This document shows, piece after piece, positions 14,677 through 22,795 of a DNA stretch of 33,984 nt. Every line of letters starts with the position of its first letter. Within the stretch, counting starts at the first letter, position 1. The notes below the pieces were generated by a model. It was not told the DNA's origin and made no database searches. It saw only the letters and a list, made by a program, of their open reading frames with translations. Source of the stretch: an uncultured bacterium (GTDB lineage Bacteria > Verrucomicrobiota > Kiritimatiellia > CAIKKV01 > CAITUY01); the NCBI GenBank assembly GCA_903934155.1, contig CAIZMS010000144.1:1-33984 (forward strand), read 5' to 3'. The position numbers and the translations under genes are program-made.

Positions 14677-17295
14677 ATGAAGATCATGACATGGATGCTT
14701 GCGGCCGTTTGGTGTTTCACCACAACGGTGGCAGTTGCTGCGCAACTAGACAAACCCTTGATCACCATTGACAAGCAGGCCGTCAAGATTGAGGTGATCC
14801 GCTCAGGCGCAATTCTCGAAATCCGGCCCGTTTCGGACACGATCGTCCGGGTGACCTGTCGCCCCAAGGGTGCGCCGGAACGAAAGCCAAGCCTGATTGT
14901 GAACAATCCTTTGGATCCCTTTACTGGTTGGGACTGTTCCGAGTCGGCTGACGTGCTCGAAATCCGCACCGCCAAGCTGATCGTCGAGTACTCGAAGGGC
15001 GATGACGCCATTCGTTTCCTCCGCAAGGACACGGGTGAACTCATTCTGGGGGAAAAGCCGGGCGACGGGCGGTCCTTCGTCGATACCGCCGTCGAGCAGA
15101 CGTTCCTGTGCGGAGCCGACGAGGTGCTCGGCGGGTTGGGTCAGCAGACGGACGGCGCGATGAATTTCCGCGGGCGATTCGCGCATCTCTGCCAGTACAA
15201 CATTATCAAGGCCATTCCGGTCCTGGTCTCCAGCAGGGGTTACGGTATTTTATGGGACAACTGTTCGCTGACGGAAGTCAACCGCCGGAAGAGTCCGGTG
15301 CCGCTAGAGTTCCATCCCTATACCAAGACATGGGGCGGCACCTTCACGCCGCGGGAGACCGGCCAGCATGTCTTCGTGCTCGAGAAACTGAACCGCAACA
15401 TTCCCATGACCACGGAAAAAGTGAGCGTCCGGGTTGACGGGAAGGAGATTATCGCGCGGGAATGTCCCTGGCATCCCAACTATTACTCGGGAACCGTGGT
15501 GTTGGAAAAGGACAGGCCCTGCAAAATCATGGCGACAGGATCCATCCGCTTGTTTTACCAGCCGCCCTCCCTGACGGAGACGACCTCGATCTGGTCGGAA
15601 GTGGGCGAGGGCATCGACTATTATTTCATGTACGGCCCGCAACTCGACGGCGTGATCGCGGGATACCGGAACCTGACCGGGGCCGCCCCCCTGTTCCCCA
15701 AGTGGGCCTACGGGTTCTGGCAGAGCCGGGAGCGCTATACCACGGGCGAGGAGCTTGTTGCCATCGTGGATGAATATCGCAAGCGCAACCATCCGCTCGA
15801 CGTCATCGTGCAGGATTGGCAGTACTGGCGGGACTATGGCTGGAATGCCCTGAAGGTGCATCCGGACTACGCCCGCGACATGAAGGCCATCGTCGGGCGG
15901 CTGCATGACCGGCATGCGCGCGTGCTGTTTTCTGTCTGGCCCAACTTCGGGTCGGAACCCGCGAACGAGGCCCATGCGGAGTTCAAGGAGAAGGGGTACC
16001 TGCTCGACGATTCGGTGCTGGGCGACTACATCGGCAACTACCAGGCGGCCCTCCAGGGCATGCAGAAGAACTTTTCGGATTTCTTCAAGCCCGGGGTGGG
16101 GGATGCCTTCTGGAAGCGGATGAAGCAGGGGCTTTTCGACGCCGGGATTGACGGCTGGTGGCTGGACGCCAACGAGCCCAATCTCGCCAGTATCCAGGGG
16201 GTGTTCCACCTCTACCAGACCGCCGCAGGCCCCGCCGCCGCGGTTCTCAATGCCTATCCCCTGGTGCAGACCCGGAGCATCTACGAAAACCAGCGCAAGG
16301 AAACCTCGGCGAAACGGGTGTGCCTGCTTTCGCGAAGCGGCTTTGCCGGGCAGCAGCGCTACGCCGCGGCGGTGTGGAGCGGGGACACCTATGGCTCGTG
16401 GGCGGTGCTCAAGTGGAATATTGCCGGCGGCATCAATTACTGCCTCTCGGGTTTGCCGTACTGGGGCACCGACATCGGCGGGTTCTTTGGAGGGGACCCC
16501 GACAGCCCCGCCTTTCGCGAGTTGTACGCCCGCTGGTTTCAATATGGGGCGTTTTGTCCCATTTTTCGAGCCCATGGAACCGGCAGCAAGCGGGAGGTCT
16601 GGCAGTTCGGTCCCGAATCCGAGGCGATCCAGCACAAATATCTGGTCCTTCGCTATCGCCTGATGCCTTACATCTACAGCGTGGCATGGAAAGTCACCCG
16701 GGATCACTCTACGATGCTGCGGGGGCTCGTGCTGGACTTCCCCCGCGATGCCAAGGCCTGTACCGTGGCCGACCAGTTCATGTTCGGGCCGGCGTTGCTG
16801 GTCTGTCCCGTTACGGAACCCGGTGCCCGCGAAAGACCCGTGTACCTGCCGGCGGGCACGGGCTGGTATGATTTCTGGACCGGGGCTTATCACCAGGGCG
16901 GGACGACCCTCACCGCCAAGGCCCCGCTCGACCAAATTCCGCTTTTCGTTAGGGCCGGATCCATCGTGGTGATGGGGCCGGAGATGCAGTATACCTCCGA
17001 AAAGCAGGCGGATCCCCTCGAGGTCAGGGTCTATGCCGGCCAGGATGCCGCCTTCACGGTGTATGAAGATGAGGGCGACAACTACGGGTATGAGCAAGGG
17101 ATATACGCGGAGATTCCGATCCAGTGGCGCCAAGGCGACAAGACGTTGACCCTCGGGGGGCGGACAGGCCGCTTCCCCGGAATGCTGGAGCGGCGCACGA
17201 TCAAGGTGAAATGGATTGGCGTGCCCGGCAAGGATAGCGGGATGTGTGTGGATGTCGCCTATACCGGCGAGGGCGTTTGTGTGAAGGGGGAATAA
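14677..17295 (+). CDS. Glycoside hydrolase family 31-like enzyme (alpha-glucosidase/alpha-xylosidase type), secreted
   Basis: ATG 14677 gives the signal peptide MKIMTWMLAAVWCFTTTVAVAAQ. GH31-type motifs are KWAYGFWQSRERY, PLDVIVQDWQYW, GIDGWWLDANEP (nucleophile region, about 16155-16178), AAAVWSGDTYGSW and FCPIFRAHG. Confidence 0.88.
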   Translation: MKIMTWMLAAVWCFTTTVAVAAQLDKPLITIDKQAVKIEVIRSGAILEIRPVSDTIVRVTCRPKGAPERKPSLIVNNPLDPFTGWDCSESADVLEIRTAKLIVEYSKGDDAIRFLRKDTGELILGEKPGDGRSFVDTAVEQTFLCGADEVLGGLGQQTDGAMNFRGRFAHLCQYNIIKAIPVLVSSRGYGILWDNCSLTEVNRRKSPVPLEFHPYTKTWGGTFTPRETGQHVFVLEKLNRNIPMTTEKVSVRVDGKEIIARECPWHPNYYSGTVVLEKDRPCKIMATGSIRLFYQPPSLTETTSIWSEVGEGIDYYFMYGPQLDGVIAGYRNLTGAAPLFPKWAYGFWQSRERYTTGEELVAIVDEYRKRNHPLDVIVQDWQYWRDYGWNALKVHPDYARDMKAIVGRLHDRHARVLFSVWPNFGSEPANEAHAEFKEKGYLLDDSVLGDYIGNYQAALQGMQKNFSDFFKPGVGDAFWKRMKQGLFDAGIDGWWLDANEPNLASIQGVFHLYQTAAGPAAAVLNAYPLVQTRSIYENQRKETSAKRVCLLSRSGFAGQQRYAAAVWSGDTYGSWAVLKWNIAGGINYCLSGLPYWGTDIGGFFGGDPDSPAFRELYARWFQYGAFCPIFRAHGTGSKREVWQFGPESEAIQHKYLVLRYRLMPYIYSVAWKVTRDHSTMLRGLVLDFPRDAKACTVADQFMFGPALLVCPVTEPGARERPVYLPAGTGWYDFWTGAYHQGGTTLTAKAPLDQIPLFVRAGSIVVMGPEMQYTSEKQADPLEVRVYAGQDAAFTVYEDEGDNYGYEQGIYAEIPIQWRQGDKTLTLGGRTGRFPGMLERRTIKVKWIGVPGKDSGMCVDVAYTGEGVCVKGE

Positions 17296-17327
17296 ATCCA
17301 TGAGTCAGGATGAGGAGGCAGAACTGT

Positions 17328-18620
17328 ATGAAGTTTGAATGTCCGAAATGTAGCCAACGTCTTTCGGTTGCGGCGACCGCCGCAGGGCTCATGGTCCGGT
17401 GTCCGTCATGCGATAACCGGGTCAAGGTGCCGCTGGCGTCAAAGGGGGATCGGCGCGCCTGGAAGGAAACAGACCCGACGAATCCCAATCCGTTCCTCAG
17501 TCTGGGGATCACGCTGGTTGTGCTTCTGCTGTGGTTCCTGCTTCTGTTGCCGTTCGTCCCTCCGGCAGGCACGCCGATTTCCTCATACAGCACGATGCAG
17601 TTCCTGTCATCGTTGTTCTACAAGCATTTCCTGGTCAGTTTCATCAACACGATGTTCTTCGTGTGGGCCATGTCGATCATCTTCCTCAAGCACCTGAAGA
17701 TCCGGCACCAGAAGGCCGCGATGATGCTCGACGTCCTGCCGCCGCAGCTCGGCAAGGAGATCGACGGCACGAACGTGGGGGCCTTTATCGACCATGTCTA
17801 CTCGTTGCCCCACAAGTTGCGCGACAGCCTGATGGTCAACCGGATCCGGAAGGCGTTGGAGCTGTTCGAGATTCGGCAGAACGTGGCCGAGGTGCGGGAG
17901 ATGATGGCGAGCCAATCAGAGATCGATAGCGGTCGCATCAGCGGCAGTTTCACCCTGTTGCGCGCCTTTCTGTGGGGGATCCCGCTGCTGGGATTTATCG
18001 GGACGGTCATCGGCTTGTCGCATGCCATCGGCGGCATGAGCTTCGGCAACGTTGAAGATGTCAGCAAGATCGTGGGATCGATCAACAATGTGACTAGCGG
18101 CCTGGGGACGGCCTTCGACGCCACCCTGCTGGGCCTCGTGCTGGCCCTGATCCTGAACTTTCCGCTCAACGCGCTGGCCAAACAGGAGGATGACAACCTG
18201 CAGACGATTGACGCCTTCTGCAACGAGGTGCTGCTGCCACGCCTCAAGGATACGACGTCGGCGCTGACGATCGATTCGAGCGCCGTGGCCAACGCGCTGG
18301 CGCTTGCCATTGCCGGATCGCAGGAGAAATTCATTGTGCAGCTCAACCAACTCGCCCAGCAGATGGGAGGCTATGCCGCGGAGATGGAGAAGCGCATGGC
18401 CACATTCCAGGAGACTGTGACCGAGGAGATTGTGTCCCGGAACGCCGAAATGCGCGAGCAGAATCAGTTGGCGTTAAATGGTTCGCTGGAGCAGGTGTCC
18501 AGGTACATCGGCGGGTTGGAGGCGGGCATTGGAGGCCTCAACAAGGTGCTCAAGGAGCTGGGCGAGCGGCAGGTGGTGGTCCAGGCACCCCCGCGGCGAC
18601 ACTGGTTCTGGCGTTCCTGA
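17328..18620 (+). CDS. MotA/TolQ/ExbB-family ion-channel (stator A-type) protein with an N-terminal CxxC...CxxC zinc ribbon and a ~150-aa C-terminal coiled-coil tail
   Basis: ATG 17328 follows GAGGAGG (17312-17318). The zinc ribbon is MKFECPKCSQRLSV...VRCPSCDNRVKVP (MJ0042-like). Four TM helices have MotA-like topology. The channel signature is LLRAFLWGIPLLGFIGTVIGL ... GLGTAFDATLLGLVLALILNFPLN. The tail is rich in heptad-like Q/E/A/L sequence (QEKFIVQLNQLAQQMGGYAAEMEKRMATFQETVTEEIV...). Confidence 0.85.
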   Translation: MKFECPKCSQRLSVAATAAGLMVRCPSCDNRVKVPLASKGDRRAWKETDPTNPNPFLSLGITLVVLLLWFLLLLPFVPPAGTPISSYSTMQFLSSLFYKHFLVSFINTMFFVWAMSIIFLKHLKIRHQKAAMMLDVLPPQLGKEIDGTNVGAFIDHVYSLPHKLRDSLMVNRIRKALELFEIRQNVAEVREMMASQSEIDSGRISGSFTLLRAFLWGIPLLGFIGTVIGLSHAIGGMSFGNVEDVSKIVGSINNVTSGLGTAFDATLLGLVLALILNFPLNALAKQEDDNLQTIDAFCNEVLLPRLKDTTSALTIDSSAVANALALAIAGSQEKFIVQLNQLAQQMGGYAAEMEKRMATFQETVTEEIVSRNAEMREQNQLALNGSLEQVSRYIGGLEAGIGGLNKVLKELGERQVVVQAPPRRHWFWRS

Positions 18621-18662
18621 AGGCGGTCAGGTCCGGACGGTTGAACCCGAAACACAGCACCC

Positions 18663-19514
18663 ATGGCCAAAAAACGACAAGGCAAACATGACGAGGTGAT
18701 GCTCATCCCGTTTTTGGACATCCTCTGCTCGCTGATCGGGGTTCTGATTTTGATTGTCGTGGTCATGAGCGTTTCCCAGATGCAGCGGGTCGATGGGCGT
18801 TCCAAGGAAGAGGTGGCCCGGGCGCAGCGGTATCAGACCCTGCTGCAACAGCTGAAGGACGAGGAGAAAGCGGCGCTGGAACGGCAGGCGAAGGTCGCGG
18901 AATTGGAGCGCAAGCGCAACTCCGAGCAACGTCTGCGGATGGAACTGCAGGAGAAGCAGCGGAAACTGGCTGAGATGCGCCAGCAGCTGCAGCGGTCAGC
19001 GGACACCGCCCAGGCGGACAAGCTCAAGACCCTGGAGCTCCGCAAGCGGATCGAGTCCCGCGCCCAGGAGAGTCTGGCGTTGGCCCAGTCGCTTAAATTC
19101 ACGCAGGCCGAAATCCTGGCGCTCCGGAAGTTGATCGACGAGCGGCGGAAACTGCCGGAGATCAAGCCGAAGGTCCAGGTCATGCGGTCCACCGGCAGCG
19201 GCACGGTCGGGAACCAGCGCCTGTTTTTTGTCGAGGTGAACGGGATCGCCATCAAGGTCCACCAGGAGAAGGGGAAGCCCATCAACGTCCCCATCGATAA
19301 CGTGAAAGGGGACAAGGACTTCAACGCGTTCCTTGAAAAGGTCAAGAATACGGGCAACGCCTCCCTGTTGTTCCTGGTCCGGAAGGGGGGCGGCGTCACA
19401 TACCTGCGCGCGGCAGGCTGGGCCGAACAGCAGTATCAACTGAACACCGGAAAAATCCCCATACCTGGCGAGGGGCCTCTCGACCTGAGTCTTTTTGCCG
19501 GAGAGAGGTACTGA
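18663..19514 (+). CDS. ExbD/TolR-like single-pass membrane protein with a ~125-aa coiled-coil spacer (stator B-type, paralog 1)
   Basis: The N-terminus MAKKRQGKHDEVMLIPFLDILCSLIGVLILIVVVMS has a basic head and then a TM helix with Asp19 (GAC 18717-18719), as in ExbD/TolR. Residues ~45-170 (nt ~18795-19172) are highly charged and heptad-like (ALERQAKVAELERKRNSEQRLRMELQEKQRKLAEMRQQLQ...). The C-terminal ~110 aa look like an alpha/beta domain (LLFLVRKGGGVTYLRAAGWAEQQ). No clear SD precedes the start, so the start is less certain. Confidence 0.75.
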   Translation: MAKKRQGKHDEVMLIPFLDILCSLIGVLILIVVVMSVSQMQRVDGRSKEEVARAQRYQTLLQQLKDEEKAALERQAKVAELERKRNSEQRLRMELQEKQRKLAEMRQQLQRSADTAQADKLKTLELRKRIESRAQESLALAQSLKFTQAEILALRKLIDERRKLPEIKPKVQVMRSTGSGTVGNQRLFFVEVNGIAIKVHQEKGKPINVPIDNVKGDKDFNAFLEKVKNTGNASLLFLVRKGGGVTYLRAAGWAEQQYQLNTGKIPIPGEGPLDLSLFAGERY

Positions 19515-19528
19515 GCGGATAACGCCCC

Positions 19529-20602
19529 ATGAGCAAGAAACGGCATGCCGAGGAACAGGAGTTGCCCTTCGTGGCGCTGATGGACACGATGACCAACGTG
19601 GTCGGCGTGCTCGTCATCGTGATGGTCATGATCGGGATCACTCTGGCCCGGGCTGCCAGCAAGGTGCTGTCGTCATTGCCTCCCGCCACCGAGGCCCAGA
19701 TCGTGGAGGTCATGTCGCGGCTCGAACGGCTGCGCGCCGAGCAGGCGCCCCTCCAGGCGAAACTGGCGGCCCCGGCCGACGTCCGGACCGATCCGAAGGC
19801 GATGGAGCGGGTCGACCAGGAACTCGCCGATCTTGAACGGCAGATGAAAAACCGGGGCCTCAAGCCCCAGGACGATGCCGAACTCATCCGCGACCTGGCC
19901 CGGAAGGACGAGGAACTCGTGAAACTCAAAGCGGACGCGTCGAAAATCACGGAGGAGCGGAATAATCTCAAGGTCCAGTTGGATCAGACACCCATACCGC
20001 TTACTCCGCCCGCCAAGGTCGTGCGCATTCCGGCCAGCCGGCCGATCCCCAAGAATGCCAGGATTGAGCAGGTCGTGGTCACGAAGGACGGCGCCTACTG
20101 GGTTGACGAGGAGGCCCTGACCCGTCAGTTCCTAGGGGAGTTCAGCCTGGCCGGGAGCCGCGAGGCGATCTTCAGTCAGGTGAAGCGCGGCAACAAGCGG
20201 GTCACGATTTATGATGCGGTCAAACTCAAGAACTATTTTGAGAAACGAAAGCTCAAAACGCGCGGGTTCGATGTGACCATGGGCTTTGAAGAGTGGTCCC
20301 GCACCTGGCCGGTGTTGACGTTGCGCGCCTCCGGCGCGCCTGTGGCCGACCTGGGGGGGATTCTGTGGCGGATCAAGCATAAGCCGAACGCGGTCGTGAT
20401 GTTCCGCGTCACCGGCGATGGGTACGACCACTATCTGGATGCGCGGGAGGTGTGTGACAAGCTGGGCATTCCCGCCGGGTGGGAGTACGCCTTCGCGCCC
20501 GAGGCCAAGTGTTTGATCAATGAAATCGAGACGAACCGGCCCGTGCCTGCGGCGAAAGACAAGTCCGACGAAATCAAGCCGCCCGCGGCTAAAATCGACT
20601 GA
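19529..20602 (+). CDS. ExbD/TolR-like single-pass membrane protein with a ~100-aa coiled-coil spacer and a larger C-terminal domain (stator B-type, paralog 2)
   Basis: The N-terminus MSKKRHAEEQELPFVALMDTMTNVVGVLVIVMVMIG has the same layout and again Asp19 (GAC 19583-19585). The charged helical segment spans ~residues 48-152 (nt ~19670-19984). The C-terminal ~200 aa include AVVMFRVTGDGYDHYLDAREVCDKLGIPAGWE, reminiscent of the ExbD periplasmic domain. The tail is Lys/Pro-rich. Confidence 0.78.
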   Translation: MSKKRHAEEQELPFVALMDTMTNVVGVLVIVMVMIGITLARAASKVLSSLPPATEAQIVEVMSRLERLRAEQAPLQAKLAAPADVRTDPKAMERVDQELADLERQMKNRGLKPQDDAELIRDLARKDEELVKLKADASKITEERNNLKVQLDQTPIPLTPPAKVVRIPASRPIPKNARIEQVVVTKDGAYWVDEEALTRQFLGEFSLAGSREAIFSQVKRGNKRVTIYDAVKLKNYFEKRKLKTRGFDVTMGFEEWSRTWPVLTLRASGAPVADLGGILWRIKHKPNAVVMFRVTGDGYDHYLDAREVCDKLGIPAGWEYAFAPEAKCLINEIETNRPVPAAKDKSDEIKPPAAKID

Positions 20603-20621
20603 CGAGGAGAGGTTGGTCAAA

Positions 20622-22784
20622 ATGAATCTTATCAGCGTGTTCAAGTGTGCTCTCCTGACCGGACTGCTGGTTCCGGCGGGATGTCAGAACGAAAACGGGA
20701 GGGGTGTCCCAAAGGGGGACGAAGCGGTTTGGCAAGGTAACGCGGGCGGGATGTTTTCGCGACAGGACATCATCGTCAAAACCGAGGCGGGCAAGACCTT
20801 TCATTTCCCCGTCAAGATCGTCGGCAACAGCATTACCAGCGAGCTGGGCCCTTTCGGCCTCTATACCGAGGAACTCGTTGTCAAAGACAACACGACCACC
20901 TTGGGGAAAGTGTCCTTGAAGATTGCTGGCGACGAGGGGTTCATCGTGCAGTGCCCGTTTGCCATGCCTAAACCCCGCGGCAAGCCCTATTTTATGATCC
21001 CGGGCTTCCTGTACGGCTCCAATAACCTGAAAGGGTCCGACGGGAAACAGCCGAAATTCGACTATGGCGGGAAAGTTTCCTATCCCAACAGTTCCCTGTG
21101 GTACATCCGGGCCGACCGCAGTACTCACCCGGGCGTCATCACGGTGGTCAACAACCGGGTGTCGATGGTCGGGATCGGGCATCGCATGATCGGCCATGAG
21201 CAGGAGCCTGCCGATGTGTGGTCGCCCCGCTATGTGTTCAATGGGGTGATGCTCGACAGTTCGGATCCTGCTGAGGATCGGGTCGGGTTTCAGTTGGGGT
21301 ACGAAAATGCGCCCGGCCGCTATTCCTGGACTTGGAACGATTCCCGGATTCCCCGCGAAAACGCCTATCGGTTCGGCTGGATCAGGAACGCCAAGGGCAA
21401 GACGCTGACCACGCAGACCTTCTATTTCACGGATCGCGCCTCGTCGGTGAAGGCGTATGGAAAGGCGCTCGAAGCCTATTATCACGCCTTCCACCAGCCC
21501 CCGTTGAAACGCTCCCAACGGCTTGAAGCGCTCGAGAAGATAGGAACCTTTTCAGCCACGGAAGGCTACAACCAGGATCACAAGTTCTTCTTCCTGTACG
21601 ACGGGCCGGGCGGCAACATGGTGGGGGACATCGCCTGGACCGGCGGCATGCAGGTCGCCTATCCGTTGCTGGCCGCCGGGATGAGGGTCAACAACCCCTT
21701 GTTCATCGCCAGGGCCACGGACTTTATTGATAACTTGAGCACCCAGGTGATGAATCCGAAGGCGGGCCTCCTGAACGAGGAATTCCGGGCCGAAAAGGGG
21801 GGCGCGGGGGCCTCGACGGGTTCAGGCTCCGTACGGGGGAAATGGAACGTCACGGGATGGTGGGGAATCGGTGTGAACGCAAACTGTTTTGACATGGGCG
21901 ATCACCCGCTGCACAGCGCTTACCTCAACGGCCAGGCAGCGTATTATCTTCTCAAAGCCTATGAGCGTAACGGATGTAAGAAGGAACGCTGGCTGAAAAC
22001 GGCGCAAACCGTCCTGGACACGGTTCTCAAGAGCCAGAATACGGCAGGGGCTTACGGCGTGTTCTTCGATCCCGAAACCGGCAAAGCGGTGGACTACGAT
22101 GGGTTCCAGAGCTGCTGGTTCCTCCCCGGAATGGCGCTACTGGCCAGGCTCACCCAGGCTCCGCAATACCGCGAAAGCGCCACGAAGGCCGCCCGCTACT
22201 ACGATTCGCTCTATGCCACGGGCGAACTGTTCAATACGCCGATGGATACCCATAAGGCGGTTGACCAGGAAGGCAACCTTTCGTTCATTGTGGCCACGGC
22301 GGAACTTCACAAGCTGACCCATGACCGGGTATACCTGGATATGGCCCGCGATGCGCTCGACTGGGAGTTCTCCTGGAAATTCTGTTACAACAAGGCCTAT
22401 TCGCACGACCCGCTGCGCCGCTTGAACTGGTCGACCTGTGGCGGTTCGATCACCAGTACCCACAATTGCACCATTCATCAGATGGGAACCCTGGTGGCGG
22501 GCGATATTCATTACCTCTACACGCAAGTGAAGGACCCCTACATCGCCTCCCGCCTCAAGGATACCTGCGTGTGGGGGCTGGGAACCTACAACCGTGTTGA
22601 CAACGATTTCGGCTTTGGCAAGGTCGGCCATGCCACTGAGCAATTCACCTATACCGATGGCCTGGTGCTCGCCAAGCGGTCATTCTGGGACGGCGGTGTC
22701 TGGGAAGTCAACTTGACGTGGGCCTCCGCCTGTGTCTTGAATTGCGTCGCCGATGATATCCCTGATGAGTTTTTCGGGGAGTAA
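20622..22784 (+). CDS. Lipoprotein of unknown family (720 aa; N-terminal beta-rich region and a helical C-terminal half, possibly an alpha/alpha-toroid-type carbohydrate-active enzyme)
   Basis: ATG 20622 follows GAGGAGAGG (20604-20612). The lipobox-like signal is MNLISVFKCALLTGLLVPAG|C. The C-terminal half has helix-repeat character with aromatic/acidic motifs (HSAYLNGQAAYYLLKAYE, FLPGMALLARL, YLDMARDALDWEFSW). I recognise no diagnostic family motif. Confidence 0.7.
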   Translation: MNLISVFKCALLTGLLVPAGCQNENGRGVPKGDEAVWQGNAGGMFSRQDIIVKTEAGKTFHFPVKIVGNSITSELGPFGLYTEELVVKDNTTTLGKVSLKIAGDEGFIVQCPFAMPKPRGKPYFMIPGFLYGSNNLKGSDGKQPKFDYGGKVSYPNSSLWYIRADRSTHPGVITVVNNRVSMVGIGHRMIGHEQEPADVWSPRYVFNGVMLDSSDPAEDRVGFQLGYENAPGRYSWTWNDSRIPRENAYRFGWIRNAKGKTLTTQTFYFTDRASSVKAYGKALEAYYHAFHQPPLKRSQRLEALEKIGTFSATEGYNQDHKFFFLYDGPGGNMVGDIAWTGGMQVAYPLLAAGMRVNNPLFIARATDFIDNLSTQVMNPKAGLLNEEFRAEKGGAGASTGSGSVRGKWNVTGWWGIGVNANCFDMGDHPLHSAYLNGQAAYYLLKAYERNGCKKERWLKTAQTVLDTVLKSQNTAGAYGVFFDPETGKAVDYDGFQSCWFLPGMALLARLTQAPQYRESATKAARYYDSLYATGELFNTPMDTHKAVDQEGNLSFIVATAELHKLTHDRVYLDMARDALDWEFSWKFCYNKAYSHDPLRRLNWSTCGGSITSTHNCTIHQMGTLVAGDIHYLYTQVKDPYIASRLKDTCVWGLGTYNRVDNDFGFGKVGHATEQFTYTDGLVLAKRSFWDGGVWEVNLTWASACVLNCVADDIPDEFFGE

Positions 22785-22795
22785 GGGATTATTTG

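Noticed and set aside
17328-20602. A Zorya (ZorAB-type) anti-phage system, suggested by the MotA-like protein with a cytoplasmic coiled-coil tail.
   Set aside because: The tail is only about 150 aa. The partner proteins are ExbD/TolR-like and have no recognisable peptidoglycan-binding (OmpA-like) domain. No ZorC/ZorD/ZorE-type nuclease or helicase effector genes follow. The surrounding genes are glycan-metabolic rather than a defence island.
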